Shown: piece by piece, positions 46,927-55,777 of the stretch
How the letters are laid out: each line of letters opens with the position of its first letter
Position numbering within the stretch: the first letter of the stretch is position 1
DNA from: Deltaproteobacteria bacterium
GTDB taxonomy: Bacteria; Bacillota; Desulfotomaculia; Desulfotomaculales; JAGUVT01
Assembly: GCA_020062745.1 (NCBI GenBank)
Contig: JAGUVT010000014.1
Coordinates: forward strand, 23,521-87,520
Direction: 5' to 3'
Length of the DNA stretch: 64,000 nt
Notes under the pieces: generated by a model
Database searches by the model: none
What the model was told of the DNA's origin: nothing
Seen by the model: only the letters and a program-made list of their open reading frames with translations
Translations under genes and position numbers: made by a program

Positions 46927-47301
46927 TTATTGGGGAAGAAGATCGGTCCTTAGCTGGACAGCTTCCTTAAGATAGACATGCTTTAACTCGCGCTGCGATT
47001 TCCCGGTATTGACATGCACCATGATTCTGATACATTTACCCAATCTCCCCGGTACGTCGATTTCCGTGGCGCAAAGAAGGGGTACGTACTTCCATCCCAT
47101 TTCCCTCGCTGCCGAAGCCGGGAACTCGGCATCAAGGTCCCTGGTGACAGTAAAGATCGCACTGGCAATATCCTCCGGATCCAGATCGTTTTCTTTTATT
47201 ATCGCTTCCAGCAACTCTCTTGTGGCAGCAATAATTTCTCCGGCATCGTTTCTTTCCACGGTAATGGCGCCCCGGATGCCACGTACAAAATACCTTTTCA
47301 C
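46927..47301 (-). CDS. aroH: Chorismate mutase, AroH type
   Basis: 124 aa with VRGIRGAITV...FTVTRDL...CIRIMVHV, typical of the monofunctional AroH class. GTG start with AAGGAGG 9 nt upstream. Confidence 0.88.
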   Translation of the reverse strand: MKRYFVRGIRGAITVERNDAGEIIAATRELLEAIIKENDLDPEDIASAIFTVTRDLDAEFPASAAREMGWKYVPLLCATEIDVPGRLGKCIRIMVHVNTGKSQRELKHVYLKEAVQLRTDLLPQ

Positions 47302-47329
47302 CTGTCTTGTCCTCCTTGCCGGCAGCTTT

Positions 47330-47785
47330 TTAGCGCGTATTGTACTTGCGCTCCAGCCGCAGGCGAAAATTCTTTATTTCTTCATACATTCCAAAGATCA
47401 GTCTTTCTATATCGTGGCGGGTTAAATTTAGCTGGGAAGGCTCAAGAACCTCTATTTTTCTAAAATCATCCCTGGCCATAAAGCTTATCAGACTTTCCAG
47501 ATTATCGGCCGAAATGGTCAGCATCAACGGGGCGTAAGCTGCTTCCGCGCCGGAAGCATCGTCATAGATCGTGTAAACTTCGGCGCTCATATCAATCTCA
47601 TCAACATGGATTCCCTGAACCGGAACATTGCGCAGCAATGCCACCTGCTGTTCCCTTATCTCCTCTGCGGATTTTTCCGCCGGCCGGCCTTTAAATAAAA
47701 ACCGGCCCGGCCTGCCGACGCCTTTAAAATCCAGGCGAATCTTAACCCGCAGTTTTCTGCCCTCGTTTATGTCCATTCTATCCAA
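47330..47785 (-). CDS. Conserved hypothetical protein
   Basis: The track ORF extends to 47839. I prefer TTG 47785 (GGAGG 7 nt upstream) or ATG 47776. I recognise no family with confidence. Confidence 0.55.
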   Translation of the reverse strand: MDRMDINEGRKLRVKIRLDFKGVGRPGRFLFKGRPAEKSAEEIREQQVALLRNVPVQGIHVDEIDMSAEVYTIYDDASGAEAAYAPLMLTISADNLESLISFMARDDFRKIEVLEPSQLNLTRHDIERLIFGMYEEIKNFRLRLERKYNTR

Positions 47786-47848
47786 AAAGAATCCTCCTTT
47801 CTGTTTTATGCAAATCCCTCTTTTAAGATAATAAACCAAAATTCCATT

Positions 47849-48568
47849 TTATAAATTAACTAATTTTTTAATCTTTCCCACTTCATTAAAAGAAAGATAG
47901 CGGTACTGACCCGGTTTTAAACCACTTAAATCAAGCGGTCCAAAGCGGGTGCGCTTTAATTTCAACACCGGGTGGCCGATATTTTCACACATGCGTCTGA
48001 CCAGACGGTTGCGTCCTTCATAAATGGTGATCTCCAGCAAGGTGTTGCCTCCCTTTTCACCTTTTAAAAACACTTTTGCCGGAGCGGTCAGGCCGTCTTC
48101 CAGGATCAATCCTTCCTCCATCCGGGTGATTGCAGCAGGTTCGGGAACACCTTTCACGAAAGCTAAATACGTTTTCGGCACATGATACCGGGGATGAGTG
48201 AGGGCGTTGGCAAGCTCGCCATCGTTGGTTAACAAAAGCAAACCGCAAGTCATATAGTCGAGCCTCCCCACCGGGTAGACCCTCGTCTTTACGTCATGCA
48301 GCAAGTCAGTTACTTTTTTGCGTCCTTGCGGGTCGCGTAAAGTGGTGACAAAACCGGCCGGTTTGTATAAGAGTATATAACAAGCGGTAGGCTGTAAAGA
48401 AATCGCTTTTCCCGCCACTTCAATTTTCTGTTTGGCCGGATCAACCCGGCTGCCCAGGGCGGTCACCACTTCACCGTCAATCTTTACCAGCCCTCCGGTA
48501 ATCATTTTCTCGCACTGCCGGCGGGAAGCAATACCGGCCCGCGCCATTACCTTCTGCAATCGCTCCAT
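47849..48568 (-). CDS. rluB: Pseudouridine synthase, RluB/RsuA family
   Basis: 239 aa with an S4 domain (RLQKVMARAGIASRRQCEKMI) and the catalytic motif GRLDYMTCGLLLLTNDG. Confidence 0.9.
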   Translation of the reverse strand: MERLQKVMARAGIASRRQCEKMITGGLVKIDGEVVTALGSRVDPAKQKIEVAGKAISLQPTACYILLYKPAGFVTTLRDPQGRKKVTDLLHDVKTRVYPVGRLDYMTCGLLLLTNDGELANALTHPRYHVPKTYLAFVKGVPEPAAITRMEEGLILEDGLTAPAKVFLKGEKGGNTLLEITIYEGRNRLVRRMCENIGHPVLKLKRTRFGPLDLSGLKPGQYRYLSFNEVGKIKKLVNL

Positions 48569-48730
48569 TATTTCTTAAGACTCCTTCGGCTATAACCTCT
48601 TTGCGTAAAAGGTAAGGACAAAAAAGTATTTTCGGAGAAAGACACAAGCTTGACATCGGCTTTTTTATTCTTTCTGAGAAACAGCTTGAAAATCCTTCTT
48701 CAACATAAAAAATACGGCATAAATAATTAG

Positions 48731-48755
48731 GGCCGGGTTTATCCCAAACCCGGCC
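48731..48755 (-). terminator. Perfect 10-bp hairpin downstream of spmB (terminator-like)
   Basis: GGCCGGGTTT-atccc-AAACCCGGCC at 48731-48755. On the minus-strand RNA it is followed by CUAAUUAUUUAUG, a weak U tract. Confidence 0.5.
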
Positions 48756-48764
48756 TCGCAAATA

Positions 48765-49295
48765 TTAAAATATAACATTTACAATATAAACCGACGCTAC
48801 CAGCGTGGTCAAATCAGCCAGCAGGCCGGAAATGATCGAATAACGGTATTTCTTTACCCCCACCGAGCCGAAATACAGGGTCAATACATAAAACGTGGTA
48901 TCGCAGCTGCCCTGCATGGTGGATACCAGTTGACCGAGAAAACTGTCCGGCCCGTGGATTTTAATAATGTCGCTGGCAATGCCCAGGGCCGCCCCGCCGG
49001 AGAGGGGCCGCATGATAGCGTGAGGCAAGACTTCAGCCGGCAGTCCCACCTGATCCAGTACGGGTGACAGGGCTGCCACCAGCACTTCCATAGCGCCGGA
49101 AGCACGGAAAATGCTGATGGCCACCAGCATGGCCACCAGATAGGGAATAATTTTCACGGCCGTGCTGAAACCAGCCTCGGCCCCATCCACAAAGGTTTCG
49201 TAAACTTTAACCCCCCTCACAAAAGCAGCCAGCAACACTATCAGGAGCACTCCAGGAATGGCCCAGCGGGACAGTTCAGCAATTAACGCAAACAC
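48765..49295 (-). CDS. spmB: Spore maturation protein B
   Basis: 176-aa polytopic membrane protein of the nucleoside-recognition (Gate) family, paired with spmA. Confidence 0.88.
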   Translation of the reverse strand: MFALIAELSRWAIPGVLLIVLLAAFVRGVKVYETFVDGAEAGFSTAVKIIPYLVAMLVAISIFRASGAMEVLVAALSPVLDQVGLPAEVLPHAIMRPLSGGAALGIASDIIKIHGPDSFLGQLVSTMQGSCDTTFYVLTLYFGSVGVKKYRYSIISGLLADLTTLVASVYIVNVIF

Positions 49296-49298
49296 CGG

Positions 49299-49892
49299 CT
49301 ACCTCTCCCTGCCGCCAAATATTTTGCGCAACATCCGGTCGGCTATAATAGCCACCGCCATACTGAAAGCAGTGGCCATAATGGTGGGCCCTACAACGGC
49401 AGTCGGGTCGGCCGAGCCATAGAGGAGCCGGATGCCGATAATGGTGGTGGGAATCAAGGTAATACACGAGGTGTTCAGGGCTAAAAAGGTGCACATGGCA
49501 TCCGAGGCCGTATCGGAGCGCCGGCGGTTTAATTTCTGCAGTTCCTGCATGGCAATCAGGCCCATGGGCGTGGCGGCGTTGCCCAGACCGAGGATGTTGG
49601 CGCTTAAATTCATCATCATGGCCCCCATGGCCGGGTGTTCTTTAGGCACGCCGGGAAACAAAAACCGCATCACCGGCTGTACCAGCCAGGCCAGCGCCCG
49701 CACCAGGCCGGCGGCCTCGGCCAGTTTCATCACTCCCAGCCAGAAGGTAATAATGGCGATGAGACCGAGCGATATTTTTACGGCCGCATCGGCCCCGTCG
49801 AAGGCCGCCCTGGTAACTGCTTCAATATTACCGTTGACGGCAGCCACGATAATCCCGAAAATGATCATCGCCAGCCATACATAATTGACCAT
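49299..49892 (-). CDS. spmA: Spore maturation protein A
   Basis: 197 aa with MVNYVWLAMIIFGIIVAAVNG, a typical SpmA N-terminus. Confidence 0.88.
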   Translation of the reverse strand: MVNYVWLAMIIFGIIVAAVNGNIEAVTRAAFDGADAAVKISLGLIAIITFWLGVMKLAEAAGLVRALAWLVQPVMRFLFPGVPKEHPAMGAMMMNLSANILGLGNAATPMGLIAMQELQKLNRRRSDTASDAMCTFLALNTSCITLIPTTIIGIRLLYGSADPTAVVGPTIMATAFSMAVAIIADRMLRKIFGGRER

Positions 49893-49968
49893 TTACGGCC
49901 ACCCCGCTGTCCAGAGAGTTTGTCTACTGCTACTTTATGAGCAGGGTTGGCCGGTTAGAACTTTTTGC

Positions 49969-51249
49969 TCACTGCACCAGTTTTTGTTTGAAAAGCCCGG
50001 CCAGGCCCGTTTTTTCCACCCGGGCCCGGATAACGGCATTATCGGTTGTATACAGGCCCCTTTCCCGCATGCGTTGAAAATAACCGGCGCCTGAGAAAGT
50101 ATATTTCTTTTTCAGCCCGGAGGAAGTTTTCATCTCCCGGTGCATGAAAGAAATAATATCACCTGCGGCCAGACTGTCCGGCAAAACCAGCAATTCCTTG
50201 CCGGCCAGATACCGGACGGCGTTATGGCCGGCTAAAAAGCCGGTAACAATGGCTTCGGTATGTCCTACCAGCAGCCCGGCCTTTTCGCCGGCGCAAAAAA
50301 GGTTTTCCATGCCGCTCACTTTAAGTGCGTCATCGCACGGCGCAACGGCCATGAAACGAATGGAATTGCCGATTCCGCCGGAGTACGGGTCAGCATAACG
50401 GGCATCTTTGAATCCTTCCAGGGTGCGCAGCGCCTCCAGCGGGAAATAAGGGGTCATCAGCTTGGCGTGGCCGGTATCGAGGAGGACCAGGTTTTCGGCA
50501 AATTCGCCGCAGACATATTGCTGGCAGGCCTTTTTGGCCAGCATCTCCCGTTTGTATAATTGTGCCGGCAGGGGTATAACCAGCACTCCCTTTCGCTCCA
50601 GGTCCCGCACCAGTCCCAAATCAAGGGATTTCTTATCGAGCTTGCAGGATCCGCTCATGGCCTCGAAATGGGGAAAACCTTCGCCGGCCCTCAACTCGGC
50701 GATGCCGGCCCTGGTGCTCAAGCTGACCCGCGGGCCGAAGGTGGGACAGCGCAAAATGCACATGACACACCCGCGCCCGAACCTGGCGCAATTCTTTACC
50801 GGTCCGGCCGTGCCGGTACAGTCGATAAAGACATCCCCCCTGATATTTCTTCCATCGGCCGTGCTGACCGCGCCGATAATCCCGCCGCACTTTTCCACTC
50901 CGGTCACCCGCGTCGGCAAATGCAATTGAACGCCTGCTTCTCGTAAAGCGTTCCGTACCAGGGGCTCGATTCTGGTTACATCATATAAAGAAACGTGCCG
51001 GTGTCCGGGAAAATCCAGACACCGGTGCCGGGCAGCCCGTTCAATCAGATTAAAAAAACCGTCGGCACCCATAACCCGCAGTTCTGCAGCAGCAGTGAAA
51101 CGGCCGTTGTTGTTCATAATCCCGCCGACCAGGCCGGTTCCCAAAAGCATATCGGTTTTTTCTATTAATACAACTTGCGCGCCGGCCGAGGCCGCGGCAT
51201 AAGCCGCGGCGCAACCGGCCCACCCGCTGCCGGCAACTACGACAGACAT
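49969..51249 (-). CDS. FAD-dependent oxidoreductase, GidA/TrmFO-like fold, function unknown
   Basis: I trimmed the start to ATG 51249 (GGGGGA 7 nt upstream). The dinucleotide fold is VVVAGSGWAGCAAAYAAASAGAQVVLIEK. The C-terminal FAD motif is LFCAGEKAGLLVGHTEAIVTGFLAGHNA. An internal CVMCILRCP motif is present. Confidence 0.75.
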   Translation of the reverse strand: MSVVVAGSGWAGCAAAYAAASAGAQVVLIEKTDMLLGTGLVGGIMNNNGRFTAAAELRVMGADGFFNLIERAARHRCLDFPGHRHVSLYDVTRIEPLVRNALREAGVQLHLPTRVTGVEKCGGIIGAVSTADGRNIRGDVFIDCTGTAGPVKNCARFGRGCVMCILRCPTFGPRVSLSTRAGIAELRAGEGFPHFEAMSGSCKLDKKSLDLGLVRDLERKGVLVIPLPAQLYKREMLAKKACQQYVCGEFAENLVLLDTGHAKLMTPYFPLEALRTLEGFKDARYADPYSGGIGNSIRFMAVAPCDDALKVSGMENLFCAGEKAGLLVGHTEAIVTGFLAGHNAVRYLAGKELLVLPDSLAAGDIISFMHREMKTSSGLKKKYTFSGAGYFQRMRERGLYTTDNAVIRARVEKTGLAGLFKQKLVQ

Positions 51250-51346
51250 AAAAAGTTCCCCCTTTTTGCCAAAGTATTCACGGAGGAACCAAAAAGTTAT
51301 GTATTCAACAAAACAGTCTAAAACTATTTTCATAACATTAGTTTTT

Positions 51347-51520
51347 TTAAAAACCTATTCTAATGAAGAGAGCGTAATAGGCCAGCCCAAGAGCAATGCC
51401 GGCCAGCAAAAAGGTTCCGACGGCGCCGCGGCGGTGGCCTTTCCGCCAGGCCCACAGGCCGAAAGTAACGGTATAAAAAGCAACAGCAAGCGGTACCAGA
51501 AAAATTACGATCCGGATCAT
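51347..51520 (-). CDS. Unlisted 57-aa two-TM ORF coupled to the germinant receptor operon (possible GR D-type subunit)
   Basis: This ORF is below the track's size cut-off. My own translation is MIRIVIFLVPLAVAFYTVTFGLWAWRKGHRRGAVGTFLLAGIALGLAYYALFIRIGF. The ATG at 51520 is 1 nt after the gerAC-type stop (TGAGATG), with GGGAGG upstream. Confidence 0.45.
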   Translation of the reverse strand: MIRIVIFLVPLAVAFYTVTFGLWAWRKGHRRGAVGTFLLAGIALGLAYYALFIRIGF

Positions 51521-51521
51521 C

Positions 51522-52901
51522 TCACTTCCCGCCTCCCACCGGTGTCATTTTTACCAGCAACCCGGTGCGCCTGATCCTTGTATGCACCTGCAAATCCACC
51601 TCTGCTTCCGGATATAGCTCCGGCCAGTTCAAGTTTTCCCACTCCGCCCAGGTAGACACCAGGTGTTTGGCAAACTGGCCGAAACCAAAAATGTCGCTTT
51701 TAAACTCCCGCTGGCTTTTTTCGATCAGTTTCCCGGCATGTTCACCGACGTATTTGCTTATTTCACTTTCAATTTCTTTTTTCAGTTCAGGACGCTCATA
51801 ATTTGTGCCGCTTTGAATACTGAGAAACTCCGCCTCAAGCGCTACCGTTACAGTAACGCGGGGTCTTTCATCTGCCAGTTCCACTTTTACCTGCGGGCTG
51901 ACCGGCTGCCGCAGGTCCAGTACGATAATCCGGTCTTTTGCAGCAGGGTCCTGGATGGTCAGAAATCCCCGCCTGAATTCGCCGCGCAGCATCAGCATCA
52001 GCCTGGTCTCCTCTCCGTCGATTTCCCCCACCATCCGATCGCTCCGGAAAACAGCCGTGCCCATCAGTTCCGCCGGGTTTACGCCGCCGCGGGGAATCTC
52101 CCCGGCCAGGTAATGACCCTCGTGGGGCCGGTCTTCTGTAACTCCTCCATCGGGATTTTTATTTTCTGCTTCCGGCCCACCGGAAACAGCAGAAGATTTC
52201 CCCTCCTCTTTCCCCCTTTTTTCTTTTTCCTGCTTCACCTCATGGTTTATATCCACCAGGGTGGCAATCGGCTGGCTTGCCTTGCTCTTGGTATTTTCAT
52301 AAAAATGATGCAATTGAACGCGCGGGATGAATCCGGTAAAACCGACACTCCGGTACATCTGCTCAAAGAACTTGGACGGGATGCTTTCCAGTGACGGTAT
52401 GTTCTCCTGTAAAAATTCCCCGGCCTTACCGCGGCTGACAAACACAAAATTGGTCCGCCGCAATTCCCGGTAGCGTACCAGCGGCGCAAGATATTCCGCG
52501 ATTCCTTCGCGGGCCAGCTCCGACGAGTAAATAATGACCTTGTTATGCATCAGGGAAAGTTCCCGGCTGGCCGTGGAGTTTAAAAGATTTAAGCCGCCGA
52601 TTACCGAGGGCGCCTCAATAGAAGCAACAATAAACGGCTTTTCTCCCGAACCGCCGGAAGGCGCCCCGCCGCCTCCTCCTCCGGCGGCAGCTTGCGGGTT
52701 GGCAACCTGCAGGGTTATTTTTATTTTATCTTTTTCCCCTTCATCCAGGTCCAGGGCCAGGACGTAAGCCGTTTCATCGGTCTCCCGCTTTCCCCAGCAT
52801 CCCGTCAGGAACAGGCAAAACAGCAACGGTAAAAAAAATAAAATAACTTTTTTAGCCACCTTCCTTACCCCCTTTACCCCCCGCCCGGCGCAGAACGGCA
52901 A
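51522..52901 (-). CDS. Spore germination receptor C subunit (GerAC family lipoprotein)
   Basis: Lipobox LFLTGCWG is followed by Ger(x)C family sequence. The start may be GTG 52859 (VAKKVILFF) rather than ATG 52901. Confidence 0.88.
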   Translation of the reverse strand: MPFCAGRGVKGVRKVAKKVILFFLPLLFCLFLTGCWGKRETDETAYVLALDLDEGEKDKIKITLQVANPQAAAGGGGGGAPSGGSGEKPFIVASIEAPSVIGGLNLLNSTASRELSLMHNKVIIYSSELAREGIAEYLAPLVRYRELRRTNFVFVSRGKAGEFLQENIPSLESIPSKFFEQMYRSVGFTGFIPRVQLHHFYENTKSKASQPIATLVDINHEVKQEKEKRGKEEGKSSAVSGGPEAENKNPDGGVTEDRPHEGHYLAGEIPRGGVNPAELMGTAVFRSDRMVGEIDGEETRLMLMLRGEFRRGFLTIQDPAAKDRIIVLDLRQPVSPQVKVELADERPRVTVTVALEAEFLSIQSGTNYERPELKKEIESEISKYVGEHAGKLIEKSQREFKSDIFGFGQFAKHLVSTWAEWENLNWPELYPEAEVDLQVHTRIRRTGLLVKMTPVGGGK

Positions 52902-53958
52902 TTAACAACAACAATGCCGGTAAAGCAAAAGCCGGAATCCAGCCGAACATACGTAAAATCATGGTATCCAGGTATGTGGCCGTCGGCAAATCAGGCGGCA
53001 GCAGGCTTAAGGTAAATATCATCAAACCGACCGGCCATAAAAGCGGCCGGTAATCAGGCAGCCGTAGCGCATTGGCGATACTGAAAGTGGCGGCGTAAAA
53101 ACCGGCAGCTAGCATGATCATACCTGCCACCGACCAGAAAAGGACAAAAACTGCTTCTGTACGCTGAAAAAACCGGCCCAGGTAAACCAGGCGGCTCATA
53201 TTGTAAAACGGCAGGTTGAGTTCCCGGCCCGTTTCCGGAGAAAAAGCCAGTTCCATGCCGGCTACCAGCAGCAAGATGCTCAACCCGGCCAGCAGCACGC
53301 TGTAAAATCCGGCCCGCAAACAGCGGCCGGCTCCGCCTAAAACCGGCGCCAGGTAGGCCACCAGTAAGATCTCTCCAAACGCCGAACTCCTCAACAAACC
53401 CATTTTGGTTATCTGCTCCATCCCGGCGCCCCAGACCGGGAAAAAATTATGATAGTTCCAAAAAGAGTAAAGCAGGAAGACCGTGAGCGCTCCGGCTGTA
53501 GTCAGATACGGCGCGGCTAAAAGGGCGCTCCGGCCGATAACCTCGATGCCCAGGTAACAGGCCAGAAACATAGCCGCCATAAATACCAGTTCAATAGCGC
53601 TGATTGGAGTCAGCGGCAAGGCGGCGCTGATCATGGCTTCACCGAACTGCCGCAGGGTGAGGCTGGTTATAGTGATAAAGAACCCGAAAAACACGACACC
53701 GGCAGCCAGCCCGCCGACGGGACCGAGTATTCTCTCGGCCGCCTCGACAATGGTCGAGTCCGGAAAAAGGCGTATTAATGCGGCAATAACAAGAAACCCG
53801 GCCAGACCGCCGCATAAAGATATAATGACCATTATCCATCCCGCCGAAAGGCCCTCGTCGATATAAGCCACCGGAAAAGGCAAAAAAACCTTGGCCGCGA
53901 TGAAAATAAACAGCACCATGGAGGCTTCGGCCGTACTCAGCTTATTTTTGTTTATCAC
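52852..53958 (-). CDS. Spore germination receptor B subunit (GerAB family, APC-type permease fold)
   Basis: 368 aa with ~10 hydrophobic helices and the N-terminus KLSTAEASMVLFIFIAAKVFL, typical of GerAB/GerKB. Confidence 0.88.
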   Translation of the reverse strand: MINKNKLSTAEASMVLFIFIAAKVFLPFPVAYIDEGLSAGWIMVIISLCGGLAGFLVIAALIRLFPDSTIVEAAERILGPVGGLAAGVVFFGFFITITSLTLRQFGEAMISAALPLTPISAIELVFMAAMFLACYLGIEVIGRSALLAAPYLTTAGALTVFLLYSFWNYHNFFPVWGAGMEQITKMGLLRSSAFGEILLVAYLAPVLGGAGRCLRAGFYSVLLAGLSILLLVAGMELAFSPETGRELNLPFYNMSRLVYLGRFFQRTEAVFVLFWSVAGMIMLAAGFYAATFSIANALRLPDYRPLLWPVGLMIFTLSLLPPDLPTATYLDTMILRMFGWIPAFALPALLLLIAVLRRAGGKGGKEGG

Positions 53959-55681
53959 CCGGCCCCCCTTCCCGGGATTTTTCTTTTATTACCCAGTTCC
54001 GGCTGATTCCCGGCTGACTTTGTTTATTCAACGGCTTCAAAAAATCCGGGCGCAGTTCCTGCTCCCAGACCGGCTTGCGCAGGAGAACACTCCGGCCCGG
54101 CCCGGCTGAAGCCAGAAAGGAAACGCCAAAAGAGCGCATGCCGGTCAACATTAACAAAAAGAAGTAAAACCCGGCCGATATTCCGAGAAAGCCGAAAGCC
54201 GTGCCTAAGAAAATAAATACGAAACGCAACAGACGAACGGTAAAAGCCAGGGAGAAATTCGGTATGCTGAAATTGGCCAGGCCGGTCACCGCCACCACAA
54301 TTATTAAAATCGGACTGACGATGCCGGCCGAAACGGCTGCCTGGCCCAGGATCAAAGCGCCGATGATGCCGATGGTCACCCCGATTACACCCGGCACCCG
54401 TACACCGGCCTCCCTGATTAATTCAAAAGAAAATTCCATTAAGACAAGTTCCACTATGGTGGGAAAGGGTACCCTTTCACGGGCCCCGGCTACAGCCAGG
54501 ATCAGTTCCGTCGGCACCATCTCCTGGTGATGGTAAACCATAGCCAGGTAAAGTCCCGGCAAAAAAAGGGCGATAAAGAACGAAAACAGCCTGGTCAGCC
54601 GCAAAACGCTGCCGTACGGCCAGCGCAGGTAAATATCTTCCGGGCTGTGCAGCAGGGTGAAGAAAGTAGCCGGCACCACCAGCACGAACGGGTTGCCGTT
54701 GGCCAGAACAGCCACCCTTCCTTCCGCCAGCATGGATACCACCCGGTCCGGCCGTTCGGTGGCCAGTACCTGGGGCGCCGGCATAAAAGGGTGATCCTCA
54801 ATCAACTGTTCCAGCACCCCGCTGTCGACCAGGTGATCTATTTTCAGCCCGGTCACCCGCCGCCTCACTTCCGCCACCAGTTCCGGGTTGGCCACATCAC
54901 TCAAGTACATGATGGCCACATCAATTTTACTCCGCAGTCCCACCTTGGTCATCTCGGTAACCAAATCCTCAGTTTGCAACTGCTTGCGGATCAGGGCCGT
55001 ATTTACCCGCAAAGTTTCGACGAAAGCTTCGTGCGGCCCGCGCACCACCTGTTCCACGGTAGGCGCGCCGACGGTGCGGTGCTCCCAACCCTTGGTTTCC
55101 ACCACCAATGCCGCTTCGCACCCTTCCACAAAAACAGCCGTGCCGCCGTAATTTATCCTTTCTAAAATGGGTTGAAAATCGCTGTAAATATCCACCTGAT
55201 TGCCGGGCAGGATTCTTTCTTTAATTAAGTCCAGCAGGTTTTTGTCTTTCCGGTCCTCGCTCATATTGGCCCAGAGCATCAGGGGCTCTAAAACAGCGTT
55301 GTTAATAATATTCTTATCGGCCATACCCTCCATAAAAACGGCAAAAGCTTCTACCGGAGGTTTCAAGGCAATCACAAAATCGCGCAAGACAAAGTCCTTG
55401 CTTAAAGGTAAATGATACAGTTCCTTGATTTTCTCCCGGTTGACGGATAAATCCCGGCTGACCAGCCCCTTCCCCTGTTCTCCACGCCCTGCGCCGGTTC
55501 TCAAAGCAGAAACCGGTACCGGTCTCTTGAATATCTGCTTCCGGTCGCCGCCGTCCGGCTTTTCCGGTTCCGCCTGTTCTTTCGCCCCGTCTGCTTCCTT
55601 ATACTCCGAAAGGGTAAAAGGTTCCGGCCTTTTTCTTTCGTGGTAGGTGATCAGTTCTATCGCCCTTTTGAAAAAACTCAT
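53942..55681 (-). CDS. Spore germination receptor A subunit (GerAA family)
   Basis: I trimmed the start to ATG 55681 (GGGAGGAATCTCA then ATG). GerA family blocks are present (RTVGAPTVEQVVRGPHEAFVE, PFMPAPQVLATERPD) with C-terminal TM helices. Confidence 0.88.
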   Translation of the reverse strand: MSFFKRAIELITYHERKRPEPFTLSEYKEADGAKEQAEPEKPDGGDRKQIFKRPVPVSALRTGAGRGEQGKGLVSRDLSVNREKIKELYHLPLSKDFVLRDFVIALKPPVEAFAVFMEGMADKNIINNAVLEPLMLWANMSEDRKDKNLLDLIKERILPGNQVDIYSDFQPILERINYGGTAVFVEGCEAALVVETKGWEHRTVGAPTVEQVVRGPHEAFVETLRVNTALIRKQLQTEDLVTEMTKVGLRSKIDVAIMYLSDVANPELVAEVRRRVTGLKIDHLVDSGVLEQLIEDHPFMPAPQVLATERPDRVVSMLAEGRVAVLANGNPFVLVVPATFFTLLHSPEDIYLRWPYGSVLRLTRLFSFFIALFLPGLYLAMVYHHQEMVPTELILAVAGARERVPFPTIVELVLMEFSFELIREAGVRVPGVIGVTIGIIGALILGQAAVSAGIVSPILIIVVAVTGLANFSIPNFSLAFTVRLLRFVFIFLGTAFGFLGISAGFYFFLLMLTGMRSFGVSFLASAGPGRSVLLRKPVWEQELRPDFLKPLNKQSQPGISRNWVIKEKSREGGPGDKQK

Positions 55682-55777
55682 TGAGATTCCTCCCGTTTTA
55701 TTTTTTACCGGAAGGAGGAATTTATTTATGCTGATTAGAATTATCGAAAAATATAAACAGCAAAGGGGTTGATCCAT

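Noticed and set aside
48477-48761. 94-aa minus-strand ORF spanning the spmB-rluB spacer.
   Set aside because: It runs through the perfect terminator-like hairpin (48731-48755) and overlaps the rluB start in another frame. It has no SD or family similarity.
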